Both the position numbers and the translations under genes were made by a program. Below are positions 32,308 through 45,043 of a DNA stretch of 64,000 nt, piece after piece. The stretch comes from the human T2T-CHM13v2.0 reference genome, Homo sapiens. Below the pieces are notes generated by a model that did not search any database, was not told the DNA's origin, and saw nothing but the letters and a program-made list of their open reading frames with translations. Position 1 is the first letter of the stretch. Each line of letters opens with the position of its first letter. The stretch lies in NCBI RefSeq assembly GCF_009914755.1, contig NC_060942.1, one strand, 5' to 3'.

Positions 32308-34093
32308 AAAATGGAACTCTGACAGAGATGCCCTCATCCTGCCTACAAAAATAAAAGACACAAGTCTTAGCAGTTACAGTGTACATTATTGTGCAATGTT
32401 AATTTCCATCTTGCTTTAGTCATTAGACCACCTGAATATTCTGATAGAAAAATAGACATTTAACCAGTAGGACTACCAATGCAGGATCTTAATATTATTA
32501 GGTTTTTTTTAGAGGCCTTCCTAGATTCATGCCTATAGTAATTCTATTTTCTGATTCCTACCTTATGTCTCCAACGTGGTTAACTCTTCTTCAAAACCTG
32601 GTTAGATTTTTGTTTGCATTCTGTCTGAAATGGTTTCAAAGCGGCAATTATGTACATTGTTATGGAAGCCTGCTCATGTCTTGAGCTGAGGCTGTGATAG
32701 CTTTTATCATTTTGTTCATTTTATCAAAATAAAACAAACACTAAAACTGCCTTACAAATTCTAATTTATATAGAATAATTGAGGAAATTCTAGTTGATTA
32801 ACTTAGGGAAGAATTTGAAAAGCATCTCATATGTGTCTAGGGCTATCAGGTAAACATGGGCTTAAATTTACTCTGGACTACCCCAAAGCTAGAACTGAGA
32901 ATGGCAAGGAGAAGCTCTTTCTAGTGCCAGGCATCCCCACGTATGCAGCTTCTTTTTGAAGTAATGATCCATCCATCACTAAAATTGTTTCAGGAGAGGC
33001 CAAATGATTTTCAGTCAGATAGAAAAGATTCTTACATGAAGGGAAGGTTGAAGTGTTGGATACATGTTCTATGAAGTCGCATCTGACTTTTGAAGCTATC
33101 TGCACAAGTCAGTTAAAGTAAGTGGTTTTTATTTTATGTTGTTGTATAAATACAATTGATTCTTAGCTAAATGCCTAATTTTATTTTCACCATTCAAGGC
33201 AGAATGCATGCTGTCTCTTGATTTAGACTTCTTCCCATCCCAAACTGATGTGTCTTAGACTCTGAACCACAAGGCTTGTTTTCTGTTAAAACAATCTCAC
33301 AAATGAATTCAAGCTAAATCAATACTGGGAAATCACAGATTAATTTGTTCACCTTATGCCAACATTCTATAAGGTCTTAGATTCTTAACGACCTATTGAT
33401 GTAGTCAATGTGAGAATTCTGGCTCTTTAACGTGACCAGTTTTAGGTATATTCCTTTGAGTTCCTTTGCTGTTAATTCTGAATTCATACCATTAAATAGG
33501 TAGAGACTATTTTACTCCAGATATATAACCTTAAAATTCATCTTGTCTTCAGCTCCCCTGTGCCTCAAATAAATGGTGGGAAATTCGGCTAAGTAGGAGC
33601 AATGCATCTGAAAAAGCTGATGTTTAATAGAAATACACATATGCATGTATATGTGTGTATTTCTAATGACATATTTTTGCTGATATTCGTGAAAAAAATC
33701 AGTGTGGCAAGAGAAATGTTTAAGCATAAACAACATCCTTGGCCTGAATGACTACAACAAAGCTATCAGAAACAAAATAGAAATATGGAAATTATTTTCA
33801 AATCTCATCTTAATTTCTTCCCTTTTAGCTCTGTTTCTTTATTTCTCTCAGTTAAATGAAAAGAACATTTCACTGTTTTATGTTCACTTTAGGAGTACTT
33901 TTATCCTTCTGATCCTCATGAATCCTATGCCATTTTTAGCTTTACAGCATAGAATAATTAATAACTATTTTGAACATAATGTTTTTATGATTTTTAAGGT
34001 TCACTAGTGGATATGCATAAGGGTAAGGGAAGAAAATAAGTTTATTTGAGGAAGAATCTCTATATTTAGTGATTTTTGTAATTCCACTTAACT

Positions 34094-34371
34094 ACAGGGT
34101 CTCACTCTGTCATCCAGGCTGAAGTGTTGTGGCACAATTATGGTCCACGGCAACCTCCACCTCCTGGGCTCAAGCAATCCTCTCACTTCAGCCTCCCAAG
34201 TAGTTGGGACTACAGGCACATGCCACCACACCCGACTGATTTTTGTACTTTTTGTCAAGAAGGAGTTTTGCCATATTGCCCAGACTGGTCTTGAACTTCT
34301 GAGCTCAAGTGATCTACCCACCTCAACCTCCCAAAGTTTTAGCATTATAGGAGTGAGCCAAGGTGCCAGCC
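34094..34371 (-). mobile_element. AluJ with no remaining A-tail
   Basis: acagggtctcac, gggctcaagcaatcctc and gagctcaagtgatc J-type diagnostics; high divergence. Confidence 0.9.
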
Positions 34372-35206
34372 TGTATGCTGACGTTTTAAGTAAAAAAACA
34401 TGATTGCTTATTGGTTTTGCTAAATTCCTTTTGTTTCACTCAGGAGAACATTGTTACAGTAACGATATCTCCATGAGCAAAGCTCAGTTGGATAGGCCTG
34501 AATGGAATGGATTTGTCATAATTATAGAATTTCAAGTGAATATTTATTCATGTTTTATAAATGTTTCCCCCAAATACACAGACACTGACGTAAAAGCAAG
34601 TGATTTAATTCTGTCCTGTAGATCATGAAAACAACTGGTTGAACTTTCTTATTCCACTATTTCCAAAATAGCAGTTTATTAGAAAATATTTAACATTATG
34701 TTTTCATTCTAGTTAGAGTGTGGAGAAGTAAGTCAAATAGTGGGTTGAATAAATGAGATTAAAAGTTATGAATGAGAAAAGTCCAAATATTAAATAAGCA
34801 GTCTCTAAGGGTTGTAAATGTTAGTAATATTTCCCTTGTCATCATTTCTGCATCTCTGCCTTTTCCTGTCTGGTTCCTCAAGACATCCTCTCCCTCAACA
34901 CTATGCTACCCAAAGTCACATTATCATAAGACAACTCAATCACATTCAGGTCAAAAGCTTTAAGACTGAGATGTTTGTCTTTCCATGTATCAGTATGAAA
35001 GAAACAGAGAGAGAGAGAAAAAAAGATAACTCACATAAGCATATGTCACATACTTCCCTATAGTTATACCTTAGAATGAAGTGGGAATGAGGAACCAGTA
35101 CTTAAGTAGATATAGTGCTTGAATATGAGGCAAGAGATAAATTCTCTTGTTCTGTTTTCTGGTGTGTAAAATGAGAGATACATCCTATCCTAGTGAAAAG
35201 AGCAAA

Positions 35207-35334
35207 CTGCCTCAGCCTCCCGAGTAGCTGGGATTACAGGCGCCTGCCACCATTCCTGGCTAATTTTTTGTATTTTTAGTAGAGACGGGGTTTCACCGTA
35301 TTAGCCAGGATGGTCTCGATCTCCTGACTTCGTG
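35207..35334 (-). mobile_element. Internal AluY-like fragment, truncated at both ends
   Basis: tttcaccgtattagccaggatggtctcgatctcctgacttcgtg (AluY-type diagnostics); no tail, no TSD. Confidence 0.85.
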
Positions 35335-35566
35335 TGGCAGGCACCTCTCTCTGCTCTTGCTACTTCTCTCTCCATGTGACATGCCTGCTCCCCCTTTGCC
35401 TTTCACCAGGAATAAAAGCTCCCTGAGGTATCGTTAGAAGCTGAGCAAATGCCACTGCCATGCTTTCTCTACAGCCTGCAGAACTCTGAGCCAACTAAAC
35501 CTCTTTTCTTTATCAATTACCGAGTCTCAGGTATTCCTTTATAGTAACGCAAAACAGACTAATACA
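35332..35566 (+). mobile_element. 3' half of an MST (MSTB-like) MaLR LTR
   Basis: catgtgacatgcctgctcccc...agcctgcagaactctgagccaa...ctcaggtattcctttatag...gactaataca. Confidence 0.88.
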
Positions 35567-35675
35567 CTGACCAACATGCTGTGGTTTATGTAAAGAACAA
35601 CTGTAAAATTAGAATAGTTAAGGCCATGTTGACTTGCAAACTATAGTTGCCTGGCAAACTATAGTTATTAGTATT

Positions 35676-36045
35676 TATTATAATAACTGATTTTATATAG
35701 ATATATAATATAGATATATAATAACTAACTTTATATAGATATATTATATATCTATTATATCTCTCTATATTAAATCTCTATGTATTATATCTCTATATAT
35801 CTCTATATATTATATATCTATATAAAGTTTTATGTATATATCATATATAATAGTTATACATATATAACTTACATAACATATATAGCTATATAATAACTTT
35901 ATATATAACTTCTGTTTAATAACTATTATATATAATAGTTATACATACAGAACTATTATACAAATGTGTAACTATTATATATAATACTTACTATATGTAT
36001 ATTTATATAATAGCTATTATATATAATAGTTATTATGCATATATT
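35676..36045. repeat. AT-rich (TA-derived) low-complexity tract with perfect palindromes
   Basis: Read directly; 24-bp perfect palindrome at 35919-35942. Confidence 0.9.
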
Positions 36046-39000
36046 TTGTATTTTTGGAAAGAGAGTAGGTATTTAGATTTTTTAAAAAACTTATTACAAT
36101 GTTTTTTAGTAATAGACAAAGATTTAATGAATAATTAAAGAAATACTGGTATACTTGTCAATAAAAAAGTAAAATATGATTGAAGACTTCTGAAGGGTTA
36201 TTCTCAACCTCATTCATTTTTCTTTTTCCCACCACATCCTCCATTGTTAAGGTGGCATTTATTATTTTACAAATTTTCTTTGATTCATCATATATATATA
36301 TTCTACTGTTGTAAATAATTTTAAACTATGTATAAGTTGTTTCAAACTGCAAGTTTGTTTCTGCAACTCGATTTTTCTATTCAACAGAAAAATAGAAAAC
36401 ACTTTTTAAAATTTTATTGCCTAATACTCTATTTTACAAAATTCATCTCAATTTGAATATTGGAGGTCCCCAGAACTTGGCTTTTGTGATAACACATGTA
36501 GTACTCCGAAAATATTACAGGAAACTACGTAGTACCAATGTATAAAATGTTGATATTTTAGGTTCTATAATAAATATAATTTGCCTTTTAAATTGTAAAG
36601 GCAATAATTAAACTAGCTGTATTCAAACTGAATCTATGATATTATAGACAAGACACTAATCAAGTTTTATTTACCTGGATTTTAGAGATTTCAAAAATTA
36701 TCTAAACTTCATATTAACACATAATTGTGAAATAAATTCTAAGGTCATATAAATTAGAAAAATAATAATTATATATCAATGTCTTTTAAAATCTTTCTTT
36801 TAACTGATCTCTTTAATTATTAATTGATAAATATACTATGTCAAATATAATAGTGAAAACTGAAATCCTAATATCATTGTTCAATAGATTCTTCCAATTC
36901 AAACCATTTGATAAAATATATGAACTAGCTTTCATAGCCTGAGCTACTCCTAGGGTATGTGGGGCTCTGGGCAAATATTTTGGTGTGTGTATGGGATTCC
37001 TATGTATATACATAATTTGATTTAAAAGGGACTTATAAAATTCATGGGCCCATGTAAGGTATAGTGATTTATTGATTATTATTTATAATAATAAAAAAGA
37101 AAGCTGACATTATTCATTATTGACCAGTAAACAACGACTCTTCACAGTGTCCAGGGACCATCTCTATCTGTAATTTATTGTCAAATGCACTGTTCCTAGC
37201 TAATTTCATATCTCACTGCAATAAGAGGCAGGGCAGCAATGCTGTTATTAATCACAATGCCATAACTCTGGATGTTTTTGCCTCTGCATTTCTCTGGTAC
37301 CATTTATTTAATGCTGGTTGCCTCATGGCTCATGATACTGCACCATCCACTGAGCCACCCATGAGCACTGGTTTCTAATGACTGTCTCAAATATTGTGAC
37401 TGTTCTTTGTCGATAATGACTTCAAATGCAAGTTTTATCCAGGGTATGCAGAAAAATATAAATGATGCACCCCTGTCTTCCACACCTTGCTTCTAGCAGG
37501 GAGGAAAGATGAGAAGTCCATGGTCAGAATGAAAGCAGTTACATTTGTGTAAGTAATGTCTATTCCATTTATAACATCTGGGAGAGTACATTAGTACATC
37601 AATTAGGGACAACAAAGTGCAAGAATCAAAATACCTGTTCAGATTGGAGTAGAGTTCGCCAAAGCTCTTGGAGAGAAAGGTATGGCCATCCCTGGAGGAC
37701 TCCCTGAACCAGAACATGACATTAGCAGAAGAGTGGAATGATCACCTATATGTCAGAAGTAGGGGACACACAGTGTAAATAATATCTGCCACAAAAATTG
37801 CTGCCTTCGAGGGCTGTAGACTAGATGTGCTATCACAGATTAATGAAAGCTGATACATGGGTCCATACTACATGAAGAGTGGATCACGATAGCTCAGAAC
37901 CTTGAAATTTTCTTATTATGGAGAGGTTTTATTGCATAACATATATGAGTGACACAAAATCATCTTCTTTACACCATTTTGGTGGATGGATATCACATGA
38001 TCTTTTAAAGAAAATACTGCACTGGCCATCTGGGAGGTTCCAGACTTTCCTCTTAGAACTGAGACCCGGCCACAGGTCCTGGGATGACTCTATGGATATA
38101 AGTTTCTGATAGGGATAAGTTTCTGATAGGGACATCTAGTGGAACCCAAGAATGAGATCTCAAAAAGTCTGAATCTAGGCTTACTGGCCCTGTTCCTATA
38201 ACACTGTCAGCTCAGGCCACTCCTGGCCATCAAAGTGGGACTTCAAAAATTTAAGGAAGGCATTCCCCATGTATGGGCTCCTAAAACTTGAATCCTGGGA
38301 TAGGTCTTTTCTTGTCAAGGCCTAATGGCAGTGCTGTTCATAGCAATATGGAGCAGAAAAATCTGCAAGCTGAAGGGGTTTTGTATCAATGAGGGGTAGT
38401 AAATTACTGAAAATGAAGACAAAATAAAGATTTTCTTAAACAAATTCTTTAAACTTGAGAAACATTAACTGTGGAACAACAAAAGGAAATCCAAGAAAAT
38501 GATATATGTTCAAATATTTTAAAAATAGTAATATTTAAAGATCAATAATAATGCTAAATTTAAATCAGCAAACATAATTGTAGTTGCAGGACAAACATTT
38601 TTAAAGCATTATAAGATTGCAGAGGTGAAGAGGAATTAATACCACTAGTGTAATCCCTTTCAGGCATAGCAGAAAACCACTGAACACTTTGGTGATGCTA
38701 AGGGTATGTTTATAAGTCTGTTTCCCAGTCCAGCTCACATTGTGTTTTATATAACCTTATCAGAAGTGAATTGGTTTTAATAACTGAGTATCCCATCTTG
38801 TGTACATTGCTTCAATGTTTATTTTGCTGCTCAAATTCCTACTTTTAGGTATAGAGTCTTAACACTATGGTTTACTTTTTCCTTTTCAAACTTTGCTCTC
38901 AGTAAAAAATCTAAAGTCTACGTTTTAAATATGAGTCTGAATTATGCCAACATTTCATAGACATTTACCTGTTCACTGTTGTCTCTACTGGTGGAATTAA

Positions 39001-39932
39001 AGCGTTTATTTAATGGAACAAGGATTTCATGTGTGAAGAAGCAGGTAAACCAGAGATTGTGGGGGAAGAGACATCTTGTGACTGCTGAAATCATACCATG
39101 TAGACAGCCTAACATCCTGCTCAGGGATTTTGTCTACAGATCATTTTGTAAAATAGTTAATAAGATGTTTATAATTGGGCTTTAACAGAGGTTTCCATCG
39201 TCTGTCTGTTTCAAGACCTTATTAACACAATAGTAAAACTAATAAAAATGAATAAATCCACAGTATTAAAGAAAACAGAAGAAGCAGAAAAGTAGCCACA
39301 ATGATAAGAGATTTCAACATAATTTTTGAAAATTAAAAGCAGATGGGGTAGGTGATAATTGATGAAGCAGGGCTGAGAGATCCTTAGGCCTTGTGTGCCA
39401 ACAGAGCAGGATGTCAATGGTAAGGCAGCCAATGTGCCCTCAAAAACACAGCAGACTGGGGCCTTAGAGCAAGTAAAGGTCTGAACTGAGGCATAGAGCT
39501 AAAAAATGTCGGTAAGGTAGTATACACCATGACTACTATTACCACTCCAAACATGGAGGAAAGCAGTAGGAAGACTTTGTCTTATGGGAAATAAACATGA
39601 GAAATATTCTCATGTTAAATATTTCCAGGAAAAAAAAAGATATCTGAAGTTTTATATTCAGGAATCTCCAATATAATTGTTGGCTTACTTACTGGTCACT
39701 CTTAAGCAAAGACTCCCATCAATACAAACAAAACTGCCAATCTATGTTAGAGGCATTACTTTTAAATATCAATTAATAATCAACTATGTCTGCCCAGTTG
39801 AGGAAATTTTCCAATATAAGCAATAGAAGATAAAATAAAAAGAAAACATAGAAATAATGGAAATAAGGCAAGAAGGCAATTATCAATTATATTTTTATCT
39901 GACAAATTTATGCCACATATATGTGCCAATTG

Positions 39933-39976
<44 letters not shown>
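39933..39976. repeat. (GATA)11 tetranucleotide STR
   Basis: 44 bp of uninterrupted GATA. Confidence 0.97.
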
Positions 39977-40023
39977 TGTCTGTGTGTGTGTCTGTGTGTA
40001 TATATATACATTTATGTGTGGGG

Positions 40024-40400
40024 TGTGCATCAGTGTTCCCCAAAACAATTCCCAGTTTTAATGATTCGCTAGGATAACTCACGGGACTCTGAATACAGTC
40101 TTCCTCATGGTTATGACTTATTAGAGTGAAAGGATACACAACAAAATCAGCAAGGGAAAGTACACAAAGTCCGGATGAAACCAGATGCAGGCTTGCAAGA
40201 GACTCTCCCAGTGGAATCATACAGGATGTACTTAATTCCCCAACCAATAAGTTGTAAAAGCATGTAATAAATGCTACTCATCATTTCTGGGTATGGTGGG
40301 GGCCTTTCTGAAATCCAGTTTCCTGGATTCCAGTCAAGGGCCAATCTGGAAAAAAAGAGCTTTCTAAACCTAGCAGTCTGTTACATTAACACTTTTCTAC
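40024..40400 (-). mobile_element. MER21-family LTR fragment
   Basis: aatgattcgctaggataactcacgggactc...gtgaaaggatacacaacaaaatcagcaaggg...ctcccagtggaatcatacagga. Confidence 0.75.
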
Positions 40401-40464
40401 AAAACATATAGAAAATTAAAAAAAATAAATTTTCAAAGAAAAAAATTAAAAAATTCTTAAAGCA

Positions 40465-40875
40465 CATTCATTTATTCCACAAATATTGGCTGAAGGCTTC
40501 TAGGCTTACCACTATCTTAGGCATGTGGAATAAAAGACCATTGACATCATGGTTATTACATTTTAGTACAGTCAAGAAATGAATAAAATAAACTACTGAA
40601 TTGTCTAAAATATGAGAAGATGAAAGTGCTATGAAAAAAATGTAAAGCAAGGCACAGAAAAGCTGAGGTGTATAAGAGAAGTTTATAGCATTAAATAAAG
40701 TAGTTAGAATTAACCTCCCTGAGAAGGTGAAATTTGATTAAAGGCTTAAATTTTAACAAAGTTGAAGACAAAGATTAAACACTGGATTTAGAACCATGGA
40801 GAATCCTGATGACCTCATGGGAGCATTTTCAGAGGAGTGTAGGAGGCAAAAACTTCACTGAATTTAAAAGAGAGT
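40465..40875 (-). mobile_element. L2 fragments
   Basis: cattcatttattccacaaatattggctga (L2 3' end, antisense); cctccctgagaaggtgaaattt; cactggatttag. Confidence 0.65.
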
Positions 40876-41346
40876 CTAGTTTCAGTTCTGGTTAAGATAG
40901 AGTAAGCACAGATACCCTGTTTATCCCACTGAATGTAGCTAGGAAACCTGGTAATGCACAAAGCAGCCAATCTGCTCTTACTGCTGAAAAGTAAATAGTA
41001 GCAGGCAGGTTGGTGTTCCAGTAGTGAGTTTACTTTTTTCCTTCATTATCCTCCAGCCTACACTCAGTACATAATAAATATGTTTTGATTGAGTAAATGA
41101 ATGAATGATTGAAATAAATAACTACCACTTATGATTATATAACCAATGTGCCATTAATGTTTTTGTTTAAATTTCTTCCATTAAAAGATGATTTTTCTCT
41201 TCTATTTTTCATATTAAAATCAATTCATGTATTGAAAATATCTGTCTTGTAAATACCAGAATGAAGTTCAAAATATCCACATTCATTCTTTCAGGCATTT
41301 TCCGTCATGTATCATGAGTTCTACCAAAGTTCACAGCCTCTGAAAC

Positions 41347-41636
41347 TTTTTTTTTTTTTTGAGACAGAGCCTGGCTCTGTCACCCAGGTGGGAGTGCAGT
41401 GACACAGTCTTGACTCACTGCAACCTCCCCTCCCAGTTTCAAGTGATTCTCCTGCCTCAGCCTCCCCCGTAACTGGGATTACAGGCGCAAGCCACCGTGC
41501 CTGGCTAATTTTGTATTTTTAGTAAAGATGGGGTTTCACCATGTTGGCCAGGCTGGTCTTGAATTCCTGACCTCAAATGATCCACCCACCTCGGCCTCCC
41601 AAAGTGCTGGGATTACAGGCATGCACCATCGTGGGC
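41347..41636 (-). mobile_element. AluS (Sz/Sx-like)
   Basis: Dimeric Alu; TSD cctctgaa(a/c)ctttt (41337-41350, 41637-41650). Confidence 0.93.
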
Positions 41637-41705
41637 CCTCTGAACCTTTTAATAGGAATTATTTTAATTTTAATTTGCTTTCATTTCATCCACTTATTTT
41701 TTCTT

Positions 41706-42105
41706 TGTATTAAATTCGTTCCACACTGCTATAACGAACTACTTGAGACTGGGTAATTTATGAAGAAAAGAGCTTTAATCGACTCACAGTTCTGCAGGCT
41801 ATACAGGAAGCGTGGCTCCGAGGCCTCATGAAACTTACAATAATGACAGAAGGGCAAAGGAGAAGCCAGCACATCTTGACTTGGAAGCAGGAGAGAGAGA
41901 AAGCACACAAAGGCAGAAGAGCTACACACTTTCAAACTACCAGATCTTGTGAGAACTCTATCACAAGACAGCACTAGGGGGATGGTGCCAAATCATTAGA
42001 AACCACCCCCATGATTCAATCACTTTGCTCCAGGCTCCACCTTCAACACTCAAGATCACAATTCAACGTGAGATTTGGGTGGGAACACAGAGCCAAACCA
42101 TATGA
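41706..42105 (-). mobile_element. MSTA-like MaLR solo LTR
   Basis: tgtatta...ctgctata...gagactgggtaatttatgaagaaaagag...gagatttgggtgggaacacagagccaaaccatat. Confidence 0.9.
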
Positions 42106-42419
42106 TTATTTTATTCCTTTCTATCTCTAATTTCAATGAAAATGTTGTAGTTTCTCTCAAATCACAGTCTTTTCAACAGGACATGAAAGAAAAGCAAAAG
42201 CAGATAAAAGTCAGTTTGAAAGAGAGAGAAATCTGTTCTCATCTTCTTTTTTTCGCGTCCTTGTGAGGCATTAATAGGAGGGAAACTCTCAAAGCTGAAG
42301 AGTTGCTATCTCCTTAAACCCCAGTGCAGAAGTCACAACACAACAGAAATCCTCTTCAGGGGAACATAAATCCGGGTTCTCTATTTCATGTGGCACCTAA
42401 TAAATGGAATATACTACAT

Positions 42420-42570
42420 ATATATTGTTTCTAACTCCTCCAATAACTCTGATGAGTAATTTTTCACAGTTTATAGATGAAGAACTAAAACTCAGAGGGA
42501 TTAAGTAATTCATCTAGAGTCATGCACCTAGAAAGTAACAGAGCTAAAATTTGAATCCAGACCTTTTTGA
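42420..42570 (-). mobile_element. MIR fragment
   Basis: tttatagatgaagaactaaaactcagagggattaagtaatt...tttgaatccag. Confidence 0.7.
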
Positions 42571-44368
42571 TTATTCAATTATTTCATTCTGACTAATCAT
42601 CTACAATATTCAAGCAATATCACTGTCATTGTTTTTCCCTCAAGATTCTCTGAAATGGTATGCCAGAAGATAAAAACTGGGGATACTTCAATTTTATTGA
42701 ATGTTTTACTGTGCCATACTGTGGTTTCCCTAGCCCAGGACAATGCCTTTTCAATAGGGAGGTTAAGAGAGACAGTAGTGTCTCTCTATGATGTCACAAC
42801 ACCAGGAAAGAGCAGAAATAGTGTAAAATGAGAAACAAATAAACAAACAAACTATTGTATGCCTATTATGTATACTTTACATTCATTATTGACTTGATAT
42901 CAAGAAAATTGTGATGTGGTTATTTTAATTTATTGCTAGGGAAACAGCTTATCAAAGTGAGTAAATACATCTTTATTTATGTCAAAATATTCCCAAATCT
43001 AGCCAAGACAAAATCCAGGCTAATCCCTGTGTAAGATGAGAACAGGGCATGGACTTACTTATTTTCCTTTTGTTTATGGTTCAACTCCTGTGCTAAATGT
43101 TAAATTTTCAAGTATGGCTGATGCCTTGGTCACAGGTTATCACAACATCACTGTTTTAGTGGTTTTAACTTTCATTTGTGAAAATCAGTACTTCGAATAA
43201 TCAAGCATAGTTTCATTATAAATAACTTTCTATGGCCTATAATCAATAAATAATATTTTAGCTACAGAAACAAATAGCTTTCAATAATAAAGTATAAATA
43301 TGAATATAACTGATGACTTTCCTAATTGTTCTTCCCTGCTGATATATTAACTGATGTTGTAGCTAGAGACAGAATATCTATTCATGATGCTTATCCAGTC
43401 GTCTGTATTTGATTAATGTACTCGAATCGTGCCAGATATTTTCGGTCTTACAGACAGCTCTGCCACATCTATCTAAATGTAATCACTTATCTATTTGTAA
43501 AAAGTTTAGATGACTTGTAAAAACTTTATTGTCTACATAAGCCAAAGAATTTTTGTGTTAGTTATGCAAAGCCATTAAATAATTGCATCATTTCTAGTAT
43601 ATTCCAAATCAAACCATACTGAAAAACCTCTGCCATATGCCTGTTTTCACAGGGCAAGGTTTTTAGTTAGTTTTTTTTCTTTTTAAACATCTGTGTTTGT
43701 TTATTGGAAGTATAAATATTTAAAGACAGGAGAAGAAACCTCAAACTATAAGTGAAATCAGCTTTCTCAGCCCCCTGTTGCTTGAAATAAACCTCATGGA
43801 ACTTTTTAGTGTGAACATGTAAGAACACTGGGCTGAAGTCAACAAAAGAATGAGTAATCTTTTGAGTGTGTTGTTTATTTCAAAAGTTAATGAAGAAGCA
43901 GTTCTCTTCAGAAGGAAATAATATTAAGGTTTTATTGGGTAACTAATGTTCTATGGTCCATGCTGTTAACTTTAAACTCTGCCCTAGTGTTTTTTAACCA
44001 GAGTTTCCAGGAACAAGCTTCATACTTTTCAAAAGTAAATAAATCATAAAAACTATTTAAAAACATTTCTGAAATAAGTTTTTGGTTAATTTGTTATAAA
44101 CAAGGATTTCTTCAAAATTATTTGGTACCAAATTATCACTTATGTTTTTCTTCATATTTGTACTGTTTTTCCATTCTAATGATTATTGTTTCATCATATT
44201 AATTGGTGAATTCATAGCAAGATTTGGGTGGGAATTTCAATAAATCTTGTTTTGTAGGGCTGCCAGCTAAGTTTTGTGACTTTGAACAAATAACTGCATT
44301 CTAACTAGATGGGGAATAATACTGTTGAAAGTGGTGCTTTCTCTGTGATAAGTCCATGTGTAAGTGGT

Positions 44369-44370
<2 letters not shown>

Positions 44371-44410
<40 letters not shown>
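44371..44410. repeat. (TG)20 microsatellite
   Basis: 40 bp of uninterrupted TG; Z-DNA-prone. Confidence 0.97.
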
Positions 44411-44414
<4 letters not shown>

Positions 44415-44934
44415 CAGTGGCATACACAGGTCAGCCAGATAATTTGAATGTGCAGATCAGACTTTTTGATACTCTATGTCTTATTTATCTTGCTTACTTT
44501 AAATCAGAATCTTTATATGCCAAAATAGACAGAATAAAGATTTAGCATTTTTCTAGTATATATAATGATGTTGATGGATGTCATAGATGTTTCAAATCTG
44601 CAGAGGAAAATCAACTACAGTTAACAAAGGGGAGAAAAAAAGTTTCTTTCAGGCAGAAGATATCAAAACAAAGCATTTTCTGCCTTTGGTACTTAGAGGA
44701 GACTTTGTCTTACTCCGTACCATCTTCGATGTACTTATTTGTTACGAATTTGCATTTTGTACTTATGTTCATATACTTTAAGAAGGTAATTCAACCTTAA
44801 TATTTTCTATTTGAGAAAATGGGGCTTGAAATTTTCAATATTTGTCTGTGCAAAGCCATGAAGGGGATTAGTGGCTAAGTTGTCTATATTGGGCACATGT
44901 TTTTATTTACTTGTTCTTTTGATCATCAAACGAG

Positions 44935-45043
44935 TGTACTCAGGTGATGCAATAATCTGTACAAAGAAAACTCACGACACAAGTTTACCTATATAAACAA
45001 ACCTGCACATGTACCCTTGAACTTAAAAGTTAAAAAAAAAAAA
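44935..45043 (+). mobile_element. Short 3'-terminal L1PA (older, about L1PA13-16) fragment with A-tail
   Basis: ggtgatgcaataatctgtaca...acacaagtttacctat...aacctgcacatgtacccttgaacttaaaagtta(A)n. Confidence 0.85.

Noticed and set aside
39780-40247. 155-aa minus-strand ORF
   Set aside because: Runs through a MER21 LTR and the (GATA)n repeat (SIYL repeats); no recognisable domain
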